64,000 bases of DNA. Source: a virus. Taxonomy: Duplodnaviria > Caudoviricetes. This document shows, piece by piece, positions 39,605-49,819 of the stretch. The notes under the pieces were generated by a model. The model saw nothing but the letters and a program-made list of their open reading frames with translations, had not been told where the DNA came from and made no database searches. The position numbers and the translations under genes were made by a program. Position 1 is the stretch's first letter, and every line of letters starts with the position of its first letter. The stretch covers positions 46,358 to 110,357 of IMG/VR virus record IMGVR_UViG_2930438282_000003. The stretch is one strand, 5' to 3'.

Positions 39605-40330
39605 ATGGCCTCATCAGTTTGTGTGTGCGACACGTACTTCACCGTCGACGACGACGGTTCGCTCTGCCTGATCCCCGGACAGCAGGGCCTGCGGGAGATC
39701 TTGTACTTCAAGAACCCAGGCAACTTCCAGTTCAAGAAGGCCGACTACCCGTGGCTTGCCCGCGTGCGGGTCAAGGTCCAAGCCGGTGGCGGCGGAGCAC
39801 CGGGAGCAGCGTCCGCCGCGAACCAGATGGTGGCCCAGATCGGTGGTACGGGCGGCGGCTACTCCGAATCCCTCCTCGACGTCTCCGCTCTCGGCGCGGT
39901 CGAGACCATCGTGGTCGGCGCGGGCGGATCCGCCGGTTCGGCCAACACGGACGGCGGCTCGGGCGGCAACTCGAGCTTCGGCGGTCTCGTCTCCGCCAAC
40001 GGAGGAGGCGGCGCACCACAGACCATGGAGTCCGGCTCGGACGTGGGCGCATTCTCGGGCATCGCCGGGGCCCCTCCCGGGACCGGCCAGCTCGCCATCG
40101 GCGGCGGCCCCGGTGGTGGCTCGCTCCGCCTCTCCGGTTTCCAAGGCCAGTCCGGCGAGGGCGGCAGCAGCCAGCTCGGGCACGGCGGCCAGCAGCGGTC
40201 GTCGTCCAACCCTGGCGGCGCGCCACGCGGATACGGCGCCGGCGCGGCCGGAGCTCTAGCGCGCGCAGGGGACAGCGTGGGCGGCACCGCGGGCAGCGGA
40301 GGCATCGTCATCATCGAGCTGTATGGATGA
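39605..40330 (+). CDS. Glycine-rich tail fibre-type protein
   Basis: AAGGAG RBS. QAGGGGA..GGGYSE..VGAGG..GGNSSFG..GIVIIE Gly-rich domain. Confidence 0.8.
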   Translation: MASSVCVCDTYFTVDDDGSLCLIPGQQGLREILYFKNPGNFQFKKADYPWLARVRVKVQAGGGGAPGAASAANQMVAQIGGTGGGYSESLLDVSALGAVETIVVGAGGSAGSANTDGGSGGNSSFGGLVSANGGGGAPQTMESGSDVGAFSGIAGAPPGTGQLAIGGGPGGGSLRLSGFQGQSGEGGSSQLGHGGQQRSSSNPGGAPRGYGAGAAGALARAGDSVGGTAGSGGIVIIELYG

Positions 40331-40438
40331 TCCGGACACTGTCCGTGCAGGTCTGAGCCGTGCAGCCGGGTTGCCCGGGCACGGCTGGCCCGTTGTCCGG
40401 GCGGTGTCCGGACAGTGATCCGCGGCGTCCTGAACTGA

Positions 40439-40690
40439 TTAGCGGAGGATTATGGCGTTCAGCCTTCGGGAGAGCTCTTCGCGGATGTCGGCCGCGAGGG
40501 AGCCGGTCGTACCCCACGCAACGATCAGCTCGGCTACGTCTCGCAGCCTGATGTTGGTGAACATGGATGTCTCGGGGATAAGGTCCCAGACTTGGGCTCG
40601 TGTCATGCGTGCCACAGCGGCGATGACGCCGATTGCCTGGTCGATCACGGCATGCGACTTCACTGCTGTCTGGAGCTGGGCGACTTTGGT
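40439..40690 (-). pseudogene. ANTAR-domain fragment
   Basis: QLQTAVKSHAVIDQAIGV..WDL...SMFTNIRLRDVAE. No convincing start. Confidence 0.6.
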
Positions 40691-40830
40691 TGGGCGGGGC
40701 CTTGCGGCCCGGCGGGAACACCAGGCCGCAATGCTCTTTCTGGTGCCAGGAAAAACCGCTCGAGGGACTGTGCCCAGTCCGGCGATCACCGTGATCACTC
40801 TCGTAACACCCTCCTATAGCGTTAACGGTC

Positions 40831-42827
40831 ATGCATCGAACATTCCGTCACTTTGCTGTCGTCATAGCAGTTTTGCTGGCATCCGTACTACCGAGCGTCT
40901 CTGCCTCCGCTCACACCTCCGCTCCCGCCGACCCACAGGCCGATGCAGCAGCCGTCCAGACCCTGGACTGGCTCGCCCACCTGCCCGGTCGGGCGGGCAA
41001 CCGAGTGGTGTCCGGCGCCTTCGGCGGCCACAGCGGGCTGACCTTCTCACTCACCCAGACCGAAGCGCTCAGGAACCAGACCGGTCAGTACCCCGGGCTG
41101 CTCGCCTGCGACTACGGCGTCAACGCCGCCACCATCGACCACTCCTGCAACGCCACCCTCAAGCAGTGGTGGGCCGACGGCGGCCTGGTCTCCGTCAGCG
41201 CCCATGTCCCCAACCCGGTCAAGCCCGGCTGGGATGGCTTCTGGACGCGGCTGGAGACCTTCGATCAGCTGACCGACCCCTCCACCGCCACCGGGGCGGC
41301 CTGGCGCGCGACTCTGGACCAGATCGCGGACGGGCTCGAGGACCTGAACGCCGCAGGCGTACCGGTACTGTTCCGGCCGCTGCACGAGATGAACGCGCAG
41401 GGGTCCAAGACCTTCTGGTGGAGTTCCCAGAGCCGGTCGGCTTACAAGGCCGTGTGGCGTGACATGTTTCAGTACCTGACTGAGAACAGAGGCCTGCACA
41501 ACCTGTTGTGGGTCTACTCACCGGGGTGCTGGTCCGGCGACCGGGCGGGGTACTACCCCGGCGACGCATACACCGATATCGTCGGCCTCGACTGCTACAT
41601 CGGCAATCCCGCCGCCGCCCAGGGGTACGCCGAGCTCACCGCGCTGGACAAGCCCTTTGCCTTCTCGGAGATCGGTCCGCCGATCCCGTCCGGCAGCAGC
41701 GTCCCGGCGACCGGAAGTTTCGACTACGCTCAGTGGCCCGAGGCCATCCGCGCCCAGTTCCCGGCCACCACGTACTTCCTGACTTGGAGCAGCTCCTTCA
41801 GTCCCGTCAACCAGCTGGGCGGGACGAGCTGATTAACGACCCCTGGACCGTCAACCGGGGCGAGATCAACCTCAGCGCACGCACCGAGGCCGCCGGACCC
41901 GCTCGCCCACCGGCCCCCGTCGAGGAACTGTACGGCTTCGAGGACGGCACCAGTGACTGGAACGGCTACCTTACGCTCCACGGCCCCTGGTCAGTGACCG
42001 AGTGGGCCTCGCAGGGCACCTACTCCCTCAAGGCCGACATCGACCTCGCCTCCCCCGAGAGCTACCTCAACTGGACCGGCACCACGGACCTGAGCAGCTA
42101 CGGCACCCTCACCGCGGCAGTGCGCACCGCTCCCTGGGGGAACCATGCTGCCGGCACCCACGCCAAGCTTTACCTGCGTACTGGATCGGCCGGGACCTGG
42201 TACGACAGCGGAGAGACGGTCATCGATACGAACGGGGCGATGCTCACTATCGACCTGTCCAAGGTCAGGGACCTCAACGACGTCCGTGAGATCGGCGTCC
42301 GGATCACCCCCGCCACCGGTGCGTCCGGCCAGTCGGCCGTCTACGTGGACGACGTGTCGGCAACCCGGCCGCCGACCACTTTTGCCGACTTCGAGGACGG
42401 CGCGGACAGCTGGATCGGCTACCGGACAAAGGCCGGTCCTTGGTCGGTAACCGAATGGGCCGCCATGGGCACCCACTCCTTCAAGGCCGATGTCGATCTC
42501 ACGGCGGGCAGCAGCATTCTCTACCGGTACTTCTCCACGCCAGTCGACTGGAGCGGCCGGACCACCTTCGCCGCCGTAGCCCGCACCGCTCCCTGGGGCA
42601 ATCACGCCGACGGCACCCGGGCCAAGCTGTATGTCAGGTCCGGCCCCGACTGCACCTGGCACGACGGCGGAACCCATCCCGTGGACTCCGCAGGAACCGC
42701 GCTCTCTTACAACCTGACCGGCGTCGCCGGCCTCAACCACGTCTGCGAGGCCGGGGTCCAGTTTATCTACGCCTCCGGGGCCTCGGGCGGCTCCGCGGTG
42801 TACGTGGACCACGCGACGTTGCGCTGA
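40831..42827 (+). pseudogene. Secreted GH26 beta-mannanase with two tandem mannan-binding (CBM59-like) modules, frameshift near 41823
   Basis: Signal peptide. VLFRPLHEMN, YYPGD and FAFSEIG. Two FEDG..GPWSVTEWA..SLKAD repeats. One G missing at GGC GGG ACG joins the frames. Confidence 0.8.
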
Positions 42828-43001
42828 GCCCTGCCCAACTGCGTGCAGCAGCCGCCCGCACCGCGTCGCGGGTGCGGGCGGCCGCCGATAAGGCCAGAGC
42901 GGTTGGTTCAACGCGAATCGAGCGCGCAGTTGTGCCGGACCCCGGCGAGTTCGACGCTTCCAGCATGATCAACCCCCGAAGGACTTCGAGCGCCGACCAC
43001 T

Positions 43002-43037
43002 TAGACTCAATGGTGCGCCGCTGGTTGTGGGCCGGGC
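43002..43037 (+). promoter_or_regulatory. Late element 8: -10 TAGACT + gcc-GCTGGTTGTGGGCCG-ggc
   Basis: Repeated motif, core at 43020. Confidence 0.8.
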
Positions 43038-43067
43038 CAAGACAAATCCCCGAGGACGGTGGGCACC

Positions 43068-43904
43068 TTGGCCAGATGCGGATGCGGCGGCGGGCAATGC
43101 AGCTGCTCGATCGCCGCCGGCGACAACGTGGCACTCAGCGGTTCCGGCAGCGTCGCCAACCCCTACGTGCTCTCCGCCTCGCTAAGCTGCGAGGAGGTGC
43201 GCCAGTGCCTGTCCGGCACGGGCGGGGTCGAATACAACCCGGGTACCGGCGCCATCAGCGCAGACCTGTCCGGGCAATCTGGGAACAACCTGACCCTCGG
43301 CCCGGACGGCGGGCTGTTCGTGCCGACCGGTGCCGCCACGGTGAGCGTGGGGTGTGGCCTGACCGGCAACGGCTCCGGAGGTACCCCTCTGGAGGTATCG
43401 ACGGGTACGTGGCCGTACGCGTGCGGCGCGGACACTAGCGGCGGGGTCGTCGTCTGCGACAGCAGCGGCCAGCTTCGGTCTGAGCCGCGAGGGCGGGTTT
43501 CCTACCAGCAGTTCTTCGACTCGAGGGATTACTCGGACATCACGGTCCCCACCGCGCAGAACACGACTGCCGACACCTTCTCGATGACGGTCACCAACCC
43601 GGACCCGTGCCGGGACGCCTTCGTGCTGGTCGAACGTGAAGCGGACGTCTTCTTCGTCCTCCCCGCCGGGGGTGGCGCCGGGTGCGGCTACGAGGGCGAC
43701 GAGATGTATTACACCCGCAACACTGGCTCTTCCAGCATTGTCGGCGCGCACGCCCAGACCACCAAGGTGCTGGCCAACCCGGGGCTTCTGGCCCCGGGCG
43801 CGAGTACTCCTATCGGGTTCGCTGTGACAGTGGGCCGTGGCAGCGGCGGCGCCTACTACTACCGGATTGAGGTCGCCATCCGGGCCATGATCATCAGCCT
43901 GTGA
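43068..43904 (+). CDS. Short fibre-like protein, paralogue of 19412..22300
   Basis: MARCGCGGGQCSC..GSGS..NPYVLS, CEEVRQCLS..YNPGTG.I, GCGL.GNG. Start is TTG 43068 or GTG 43059. Confidence 0.75.
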   Translation: MARCGCGGGQCSCSIAAGDNVALSGSGSVANPYVLSASLSCEEVRQCLSGTGGVEYNPGTGAISADLSGQSGNNLTLGPDGGLFVPTGAATVSVGCGLTGNGSGGTPLEVSTGTWPYACGADTSGGVVVCDSSGQLRSEPRGRVSYQQFFDSRDYSDITVPTAQNTTADTFSMTVTNPDPCRDAFVLVEREADVFFVLPAGGGAGCGYEGDEMYYTRNTGSSSIVGAHAQTTKVLANPGLLAPGASTPIGFAVTVGRGSGGAYYYRIEVAIRAMIISL

Positions 43905-43914
43905 GGAGTGCACG

Positions 43915-44280
43915 ATGCTAGAACTTCCCCTCCCGCTGCCGGGCGCCGAGCCCGCATCCGAGCCACGCAAGCATTGGGTGGTGTACGAGGACGGCACCCT
44001 TGGCCAGTTCGGGGCAACTGGGGAGGGCGAGCCGGCGCTGCCCCGGCCGGGACGGCTGATTACGGAAGGCGAATACAATCAGCTCTCCGCTGGGATGACG
44101 GCCGCTCACAACCGGCGGGTAGCCGAGCTGCTGGCTGCCGAGGACCTGCAGCAGCGGGGGGACTATGAGGACCTGCTCGCCTGCGGCATTCCAGAACGGA
44201 TGGCCAGCCGTCTGTCCGGTCACACGCCTTTGGCTGCGCCCGCCTGTGATCCAGCCGTAGATCAGAATCTTCAAGTTTGA
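43915..44280 (+). CDS. Small fibre-associated protein
   Basis: GAGGAG RBS. Similar to 22314..22586. Confidence 0.65.
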   Translation: MLELPLPLPGAEPASEPRKHWVVYEDGTLGQFGATGEGEPALPRPGRLITEGEYNQLSAGMTAAHNRRVAELLAAEDLQQRGDYEDLLACGIPERMASRLSGHTPLAAPACDPAVDQNLQV

Positions 44281-44381
44281 GATGCAGCTTGGCGTCGGGA
44301 TGACTGGCCCGCGGTCGAGAACGGGGGTGAACCGCGGGCCGTCAACTCCAGTAGAAGTACTCGTCTCCGGGACCCAGCCGG

Positions 44382-45746
44382 TCAGTGGGCGTGGATCGAG
44401 CCCCAGGCGAAGTTCTGTCCGAACCCGGTGCCGGAGCCGCCCGTATACACCTGGTTTGTGGCGTAATAGGTGGCCTTCACGTCTGCGTTCGTGTTGTAGT
44501 CCGTTTTGGTAAGTCCAGAGCCCCAGGTGCTCCAGATGACCCATGGGCTGCGGGTCAGCGCGTTCGAACCGCTTGCTGTGATGGGCACGTTGTACGACTC
44601 AGCGAGCATCCGCGGCTTCCCGTAGTTCACCAACCCTGTGTAGTACACGTTCGTGAGGTTCGAAGTAGCCGGGTTGTAGTCGTCGACGGCGACGATGTCG
44701 ACGACGTCGGCCCCGGGGTAGTAGTCCCACGGTACGTCGGTCCCCTGGGGGTTCCAGGCGTTGGGCGACCAAACGAAGATCAGATTGTGCAGGCCCTTCG
44801 TCTTCACCAGATAGTCATATGTGATTCGCCATAGCTTTTTGTAGGAGGCTGAGGTCTTCCCGCCCCACCAGAACCAGGCGCCGTTCATCTCGTGGTACGG
44901 CCGCAGTAGTACAGGAACGTCCCAGGCAGCAAAGTACGAAAGCGCGGCCGCTAGAAAGCTCAGGTCCGAGAGCAGTGTTCGGTACTCGGGCGTGTCCGAT
45001 TCCCAGTCGACCACGCGGTCGAACCACGCCTGGTCGGTGGTGAGTGTTGCCAGTGGGTTGGACTCGTCACCACCTGGGTGTTGTCCTTCGACCTGAGTGA
45101 GCACCCCACTCCAGGCTTTCAGCGAGGAACCTGGGTACGGCTGGTGGAAGCTCATGCCCACGATGCCAGAAGCAGCGCCGCCGTTGGTGAGGGTCGCTGT
45201 GCTCCCGTCGAGCCGGATCATGGTGCCGTCCGGGTTATACGTGCCGTCCTCCGCGCGCGGCAGCCCCTTCCACACACCGAAGGCGAGGTCGATGGCGTCA
45301 TCCGCGTATTGCCACTGCTTCTGCCCAGTGGGCAGGCCCAATGGCCGGTTGTAGGACCGGTCACCGTACGTTCCCCAGCCGGTGGCACCGTACCCAGGCC
45401 CGAGGTCGACTTCGATGAAGCCGGAAAGCTTACCTGTTATGTCATGAGCCTTCTTGTAGTAGTAACCGGAGAACGTCGTGCCACCCGTGTCTCCGTAGGT
45501 TCTGTTGTACAACTCCTGCTGCGTTTCGATGTGCTGCCCGATGATCGTCATTGGGCGGGTCCCGGAACGCGCAGCGTTCTCCAGCGACACCAGGTGCTTA
45601 TACACCGCCTGGGCGTTCATCGACGCCGACGGATCCCGGCCTGTCAGGCTGGGAGCGATGAGTGGCGTGGCTGCCTGCGCCACTCTCGGTACGACGGACG
45701 TGGCGGCTGCGGCGCCGAGGGCGGTGACAAACGTACGTCTTCGCAA
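44382..45746 (-). CDS. Tat-secreted GH26-family glycoside hydrolase
   Basis: RRTFV Tat motif. VLLRPYHEMNGAWFWWG, YYPG.DVVDIV.VDDY and MLAE. Confidence 0.85.
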   Translation of the reverse strand: MRRRTFVTALGAAAATSVVPRVAQAATPLIAPSLTGRDPSASMNAQAVYKHLVSLENAARSGTRPMTIIGQHIETQQELYNRTYGDTGGTTFSGYYYKKAHDITGKLSGFIEVDLGPGYGATGWGTYGDRSYNRPLGLPTGQKQWQYADDAIDLAFGVWKGLPRAEDGTYNPDGTMIRLDGSTATLTNGGAASGIVGMSFHQPYPGSSLKAWSGVLTQVEGQHPGGDESNPLATLTTDQAWFDRVVDWESDTPEYRTLLSDLSFLAAALSYFAAWDVPVLLRPYHEMNGAWFWWGGKTSASYKKLWRITYDYLVKTKGLHNLIFVWSPNAWNPQGTDVPWDYYPGADVVDIVAVDDYNPATSNLTNVYYTGLVNYGKPRMLAESYNVPITASGSNALTRSPWVIWSTWGSGLTKTDYNTNADVKATYYATNQVYTGGSGTGFGQNFAWGSIHAH

Positions 45747-45859
45747 GATGCAACCTCCAATGAGGGGATGGACCTTCGTCAGGTTAAGGCTGGGATGGCT
45801 TCTGGAATAGTGATGTGATCTTCATGCGGTTCACGACGGCTAGCAGTACGCCGAAGGGG

Positions 45860-46575
45860 AGCCATGCCCCGTCCTCCGCATGGGATAGCCCTGCTGTGCG
45901 GGGGCTCGGTACGCCGGAAGCCCGCCGCGCGCGATCCAGCATGGCCGACCGGACCGCGTGGCGGATCTGCCGGGACAACAGCTGGTGGAGCGTGTTCGGC
46001 AAGAAGCGCGGCCGTATCAAAAAGGCCGGCCCGCCGGTGCACGACGACCTCGTCCGCCGTGACTCACCGCGACCGGCCCGAACCGGCTGTGGCTCACCGA
46101 TGTCACCGAACACGCCGCCCACGAAGGCAAGTTGTATCTCTGTGCGGTCAAGAACGTCTTCAGCAACAGGATCGTCGGCTACCTCGATTGACACGTGAAT
46201 GAAGTCCCGCCTGGCCGTCACAGCCCTGAACAAGCTGTTGCCCGGCGTGGACACGTCGCCGGGTCCATCGTGCACAGCGATGCGGATCGCAGTTTCGGTC
46301 ACGGAAGTTCGTCCGGGCGCTCGATCGGCACCGGATCGCCGGCTCGATAGGGAGGGTCGGGGCGGCGGGCGACAACGTGACCGGATGGATGCCGAGGTCA
46401 ACGGCGGTCTGCTTCTGTTCTTTTCCTGCCCGCACCAACACGATGGCGCGGGCGCGGAACTCAGCGGGGTAGGCGCGGGGCATGTCCGGCAGCCTTTCGT
46501 GAAGGCCGTCAGTTAGCCAGCAGAACTGGAACCTGAGAGGTGGGGCAGGTCAACCTGTCACCCAAACCTGCAGCA
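45860..46575. mobile_element. Degenerate IS3-family remnants (orfB fragment on +, orfA fragment and end on -)
   Basis: HDDLVRRD..PNRLWLTDVTEH..GKLYLCAVK split across frames. MPRAYPAEFRARA on the - strand. TG-type end near 46575. Confidence 0.75.
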
Positions 46576-46746
46576 GACTCAACCGTCAGGGATCTCACTC
46601 AACTCTTGCCGAGCGGCGATGACGACCGGGCACGCGTCGCGGACTTCGATGTGGACGTAGCCGTAGTGGTGGCGTCCGAGAGTGCCATAGGCAGAAGCAC
46701 GCATGGCGTCGCTGGCTGAAGACGTGCAACCTTTCGGAGGGGACGG

Positions 46747-47082
46747 TCACAAGGTTTCCTTGAGGAGCTGATCGATGCCGTCGCGGACAGAAGCGAGTTG
46801 ACGGAGGAGCGGAGCCAGCCGTGCTTGGTCTTCGGCAGGCAATGGAGCTGGAGCTTCGTGACCAGCGAGAGCTCGAGAGATAGCGTCGGCCGGGTCGATG
46901 CCGAGCGCACGGCAGGCTGTGATGAGGGTGTGGACCTGGATGCGCTGGCGACCGGCTTCGAGGTTGGCGATGGAGCCGCGGGTGAGTTTGACGGCGCGGG
47001 CGAGGTCCTCTTGTGCTATGCCTCGCGATTGGCGGGCGTTACGAATGTAGGCGCCGAGCCGACGGTAGAGATCGTCGTTCAT
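46747..47082 (-). CDS. XRE-family HTH regulator
   Basis: IRNARQSRGIAQEDLARAVKLTRGSIANLEAGRQ. Confidence 0.85.
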   Translation of the reverse strand: MNDDLYRRLGAYIRNARQSRGIAQEDLARAVKLTRGSIANLEAGRQRIQVHTLITACRALGIDPADAISRALAGHEAPAPLPAEDQARLAPLLRQLASVRDGIDQLLKETL

Positions 47083-48036
47083 TCTATTCTCCGTCCCCCG
47101 CGTGACCGGGCGCACCGGGTTCCGCGGCTCAAGGTGGGGATCTCCGGACGCCGCCAGCCGGAGTGGCTACGAACTGCGATCTCAGCGGTGAAGAAGGCAG
47201 TATCTCACTACCAACTGGGGTACCACCGCGTCGGTGAGAGTCCTGGCTAGTGGCTCCTCCCGCAACCTTGACCCGGTGATCGGTTCCGTCGGTGGATTGA
47301 GTCTCAGCTTGGGGAGCGGACACCGGGATACGCGCCACTGCTCTTGTTTTTGGCGGATAGCGCGAGCCGTTGTATGGACGGCCAGCCATGCGGTGACTGC
47401 AACCGAGAACGCGGAGATCAGTACGGCATGCGAGCCCACCGTAGGGGCCGTGCAGCAGCGCCCACTCCCGTGTAGTTGCTTGAGTACCTGCTTCCGGATG
47501 AAGACTCGTTGAGAGCGGGCGGCCAGTGTCCGCAGTAGTCGGCTCTTTCCAGGTGAGGATTCGACCGGCGGCCGCTCCCAAAGAGATTGAATAAGTGCGG
47601 GTTCCGTCCTTGTCGCCGTCGTGTCGGAGCAGTGCACGCGGAGGTATAGGTGCGCTGGTCGGCAAGTCGGACGGGAGGCGGCGCGGGCAGTTCGAGGAAC
47701 TCGCCGAACCGGGGTGAAGTGCATCGAATGCACCGAGTCCCGCAGTGAGTGTCTCGGCGCTCCTATCGCCGGGGAACCGAACGACGTGTCGATCGGTGTT
47801 GTGGTGCAGGCTGAGCTGGTGGATACCCATCCTCCGAAAACCACGATCGAGAACCCACACTGAGCCCAGTAGCGTCATGAAGCGGTCCGCATAGTGGATG
47901 CACCGTCCACGTCGAGGTTCTGGGCCGTCTCACGAAGGGTGAGGGCAGGGTGGGTAAGTGGGGTTGATCAGGCGACCCCTCGTTCGTGCACGCACTCGTG
48001 CAAGTGGTCGATGCTGGCTGGTGCGGGTGTCGTGAG

Positions 48037-49707
48037 TCAGTTCTTGCCGAAGCCCGGGGCAAAGTAGATCGTGTAGGTGCCGTCGCCGGTTTGGGTGCTC
48101 TTGACGACCTTGTGGACCCGGTAGCCGGCCTGCTTGAGGGCTGGCTGGAGGGCTACGTCGATGTCCGCGGTCTGGGTGAAGTCCAGGACGACGATTGAGT
48201 AGACGTGATCCTTCACGGCGGCCTGGAGAGCGGGGGCGCCCGTGAGGGTCTTCTTGGTCTCCGGGTCGGTGTAGCTCTTGCCAATGAGGTCCTGCCACTG
48301 CGGCCAATTGGTGGACGTGCGCAGGTAGTAGGCCGGGACATCGTAGTTTTCGACCAAGTACTCGTCCTTGCCCTTGTGGACGTAGGGGCGGAGAGCGGAG
48401 ACCAGGCCGGAAGAGTCGGGCCATTCGCCGAACATGTGCGTGGCCTGGCTCGCGCCGAGGTAGCCGAGGGGCGCGACCACGGCCGCAGTGACCAGGACCC
48501 CGATGGCGACGTGGAACTTGGTGCGCAGGACCATGAAGATGCGGGCAAGAAGCAGGCCGGCCACGATGCAGGCGAACCAGGCACCGAAGTCGACGTGCTT
48601 CTGGAGCGAGAGCCAGGTATGGATGCGGACCTGGTTGACGGGGGCCAGGACACCGCCGATGAACAGGACCAGGGCGAGCCAGATCTCCGCCTTGCCGGAT
48701 TTGCCGCGGAGAGAGATCACTACGGTCACCAGCACGCCGATCAGGGCGATCACCAGCAGGGGTCCGACCCACTTGGCGGCCTCCTCCGCGACGTAGGACG
48801 CGGCGTCCGTGCCCTCCTTGCGCATCAAAGTCGTGTGAGTGAAGCCATCGATGTGGGCCTTCGCGCCGACCGCCGGGATCAGCAGGGCGACCAGCCAGAC
48901 GACGGTGAGCTCGATGCCGCGGCGCCAGCGGGCTCTGTCCCAGGGACCGCTGCCATGGCCGGCGAAGATCGCGATGCCGACGACGACCGGAGTCCAGAGC
49001 AAGGACGCGTACTTGGTCCAGTCGGCCAGTGCCATCAGCACGGCGGCGGCGGCCATGCTGGGGTAGCCGCCGCTGGTCGTGAGGCGGACCGTCCAGTAGG
49101 CGGCCCAGGCGAGCAGGGCGAGCGCCATCGCGTCGTACGTGGAGTAGCCGCCGAGGAACTGGGTGGGGCCGAGCGCGGCGAACAGTGCCGCCGCGAAGAA
49201 CGCCGCCACGGAGCCGTACATTCGCCGTGTGGAGAGATGGACCGCGAGCGTGGAGGAGAGCATGAAGACCAGGCTCAGTAGGCGGGTGCCGCGCAGGCCG
49301 CCGACGATGTCCGCGATCGCGACTACGACCGGGTAGATCAGGGGCGAGCCGGAGAAGAAGCTCGCGTAGTCGGCGACCGGGTGGCCGTGCACTAGGTGGC
49401 CGAGCTCCTGGTAGCCGGAGTAGATGTACGTGCCCTCGTCCACGAACGCCGTGTTGGAGCCGGTGAGGCGGAAGGAGAGTGCGCCCTGGACCAGGAGAAC
49501 CATCAGCAGGGGCAGCCAGTCCGTGCGGAAGACGGCCTTGGGCGGTCGGGGCGGCGGTTCCAGACGTCGGCGGGCGAGCCGGGCGGCGGCCTTGCGGGCG
49601 GCAACGTCCTCGGCGACCGTTCCCAGGGCCATGGTGGTGTCATGGCGAGGCCCGGTGGGCGCCGGGCGGGCGCCTTCGGGTCGAATCCAGGTGCCATCCG
49701 CCGTCAT
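48037..49707 (-). CDS. GT-C fold membrane glycosyltransferase (PMT/ArnT-like)
   Basis: Multi-TM. AFVDEGTY loop, RLLSL and TKYA motifs. Confidence 0.8.
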   Translation of the reverse strand: MTADGTWIRPEGARPAPTGPRHDTTMALGTVAEDVAARKAAARLARRRLEPPPRPPKAVFRTDWLPLLMVLLVQGALSFRLTGSNTAFVDEGTYIYSGYQELGHLVHGHPVADYASFFSGSPLIYPVVVAIADIVGGLRGTRLLSLVFMLSSTLAVHLSTRRMYGSVAAFFAAALFAALGPTQFLGGYSTYDAMALALLAWAAYWTVRLTTSGGYPSMAAAAVLMALADWTKYASLLWTPVVVGIAIFAGHGSGPWDRARWRRGIELTVVWLVALLIPAVGAKAHIDGFTHTTLMRKEGTDAASYVAEEAAKWVGPLLVIALIGVLVTVVISLRGKSGKAEIWLALVLFIGGVLAPVNQVRIHTWLSLQKHVDFGAWFACIVAGLLLARIFMVLRTKFHVAIGVLVTAAVVAPLGYLGASQATHMFGEWPDSSGLVSALRPYVHKGKDEYLVENYDVPAYYLRTSTNWPQWQDLIGKSYTDPETKKTLTGAPALQAAVKDHVYSIVVLDFTQTADIDVALQPALKQAGYRVHKVVKSTQTGDGTYTIYFAPGFGKN

Positions 49708-49773
49708 CAGGCGGTCCCCCTTGCTAGGACTTCGGAGCCTGACCCGACGGCCCCCCGCAGGTCTATCGCTCGT

Positions 49774-49797
49774 ATGTGTGGACGAATGTGTGGACGA
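49774..49797. repeat. 12-bp tandem repeat in the intergenic region
   Basis: ATGTGTGGACGA x2, upstream of the GT-C gene. Confidence 0.5.
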
Positions 49798-49819
49798 TGT
49801 GCCGGATGATAGGCCATTT

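Noticed and set aside
24362-40330. Contractile injection system or tailocin
   Set aside because: Portal, protease and capsid are present. No sheath or wedge genes were recognised. The order fits a siphovirus.
47129-47990. ORFs between the XRE gene and the glycan cluster
   Set aside because: No codon bias, RBS or motifs. Probably decayed or intergenic sequence.
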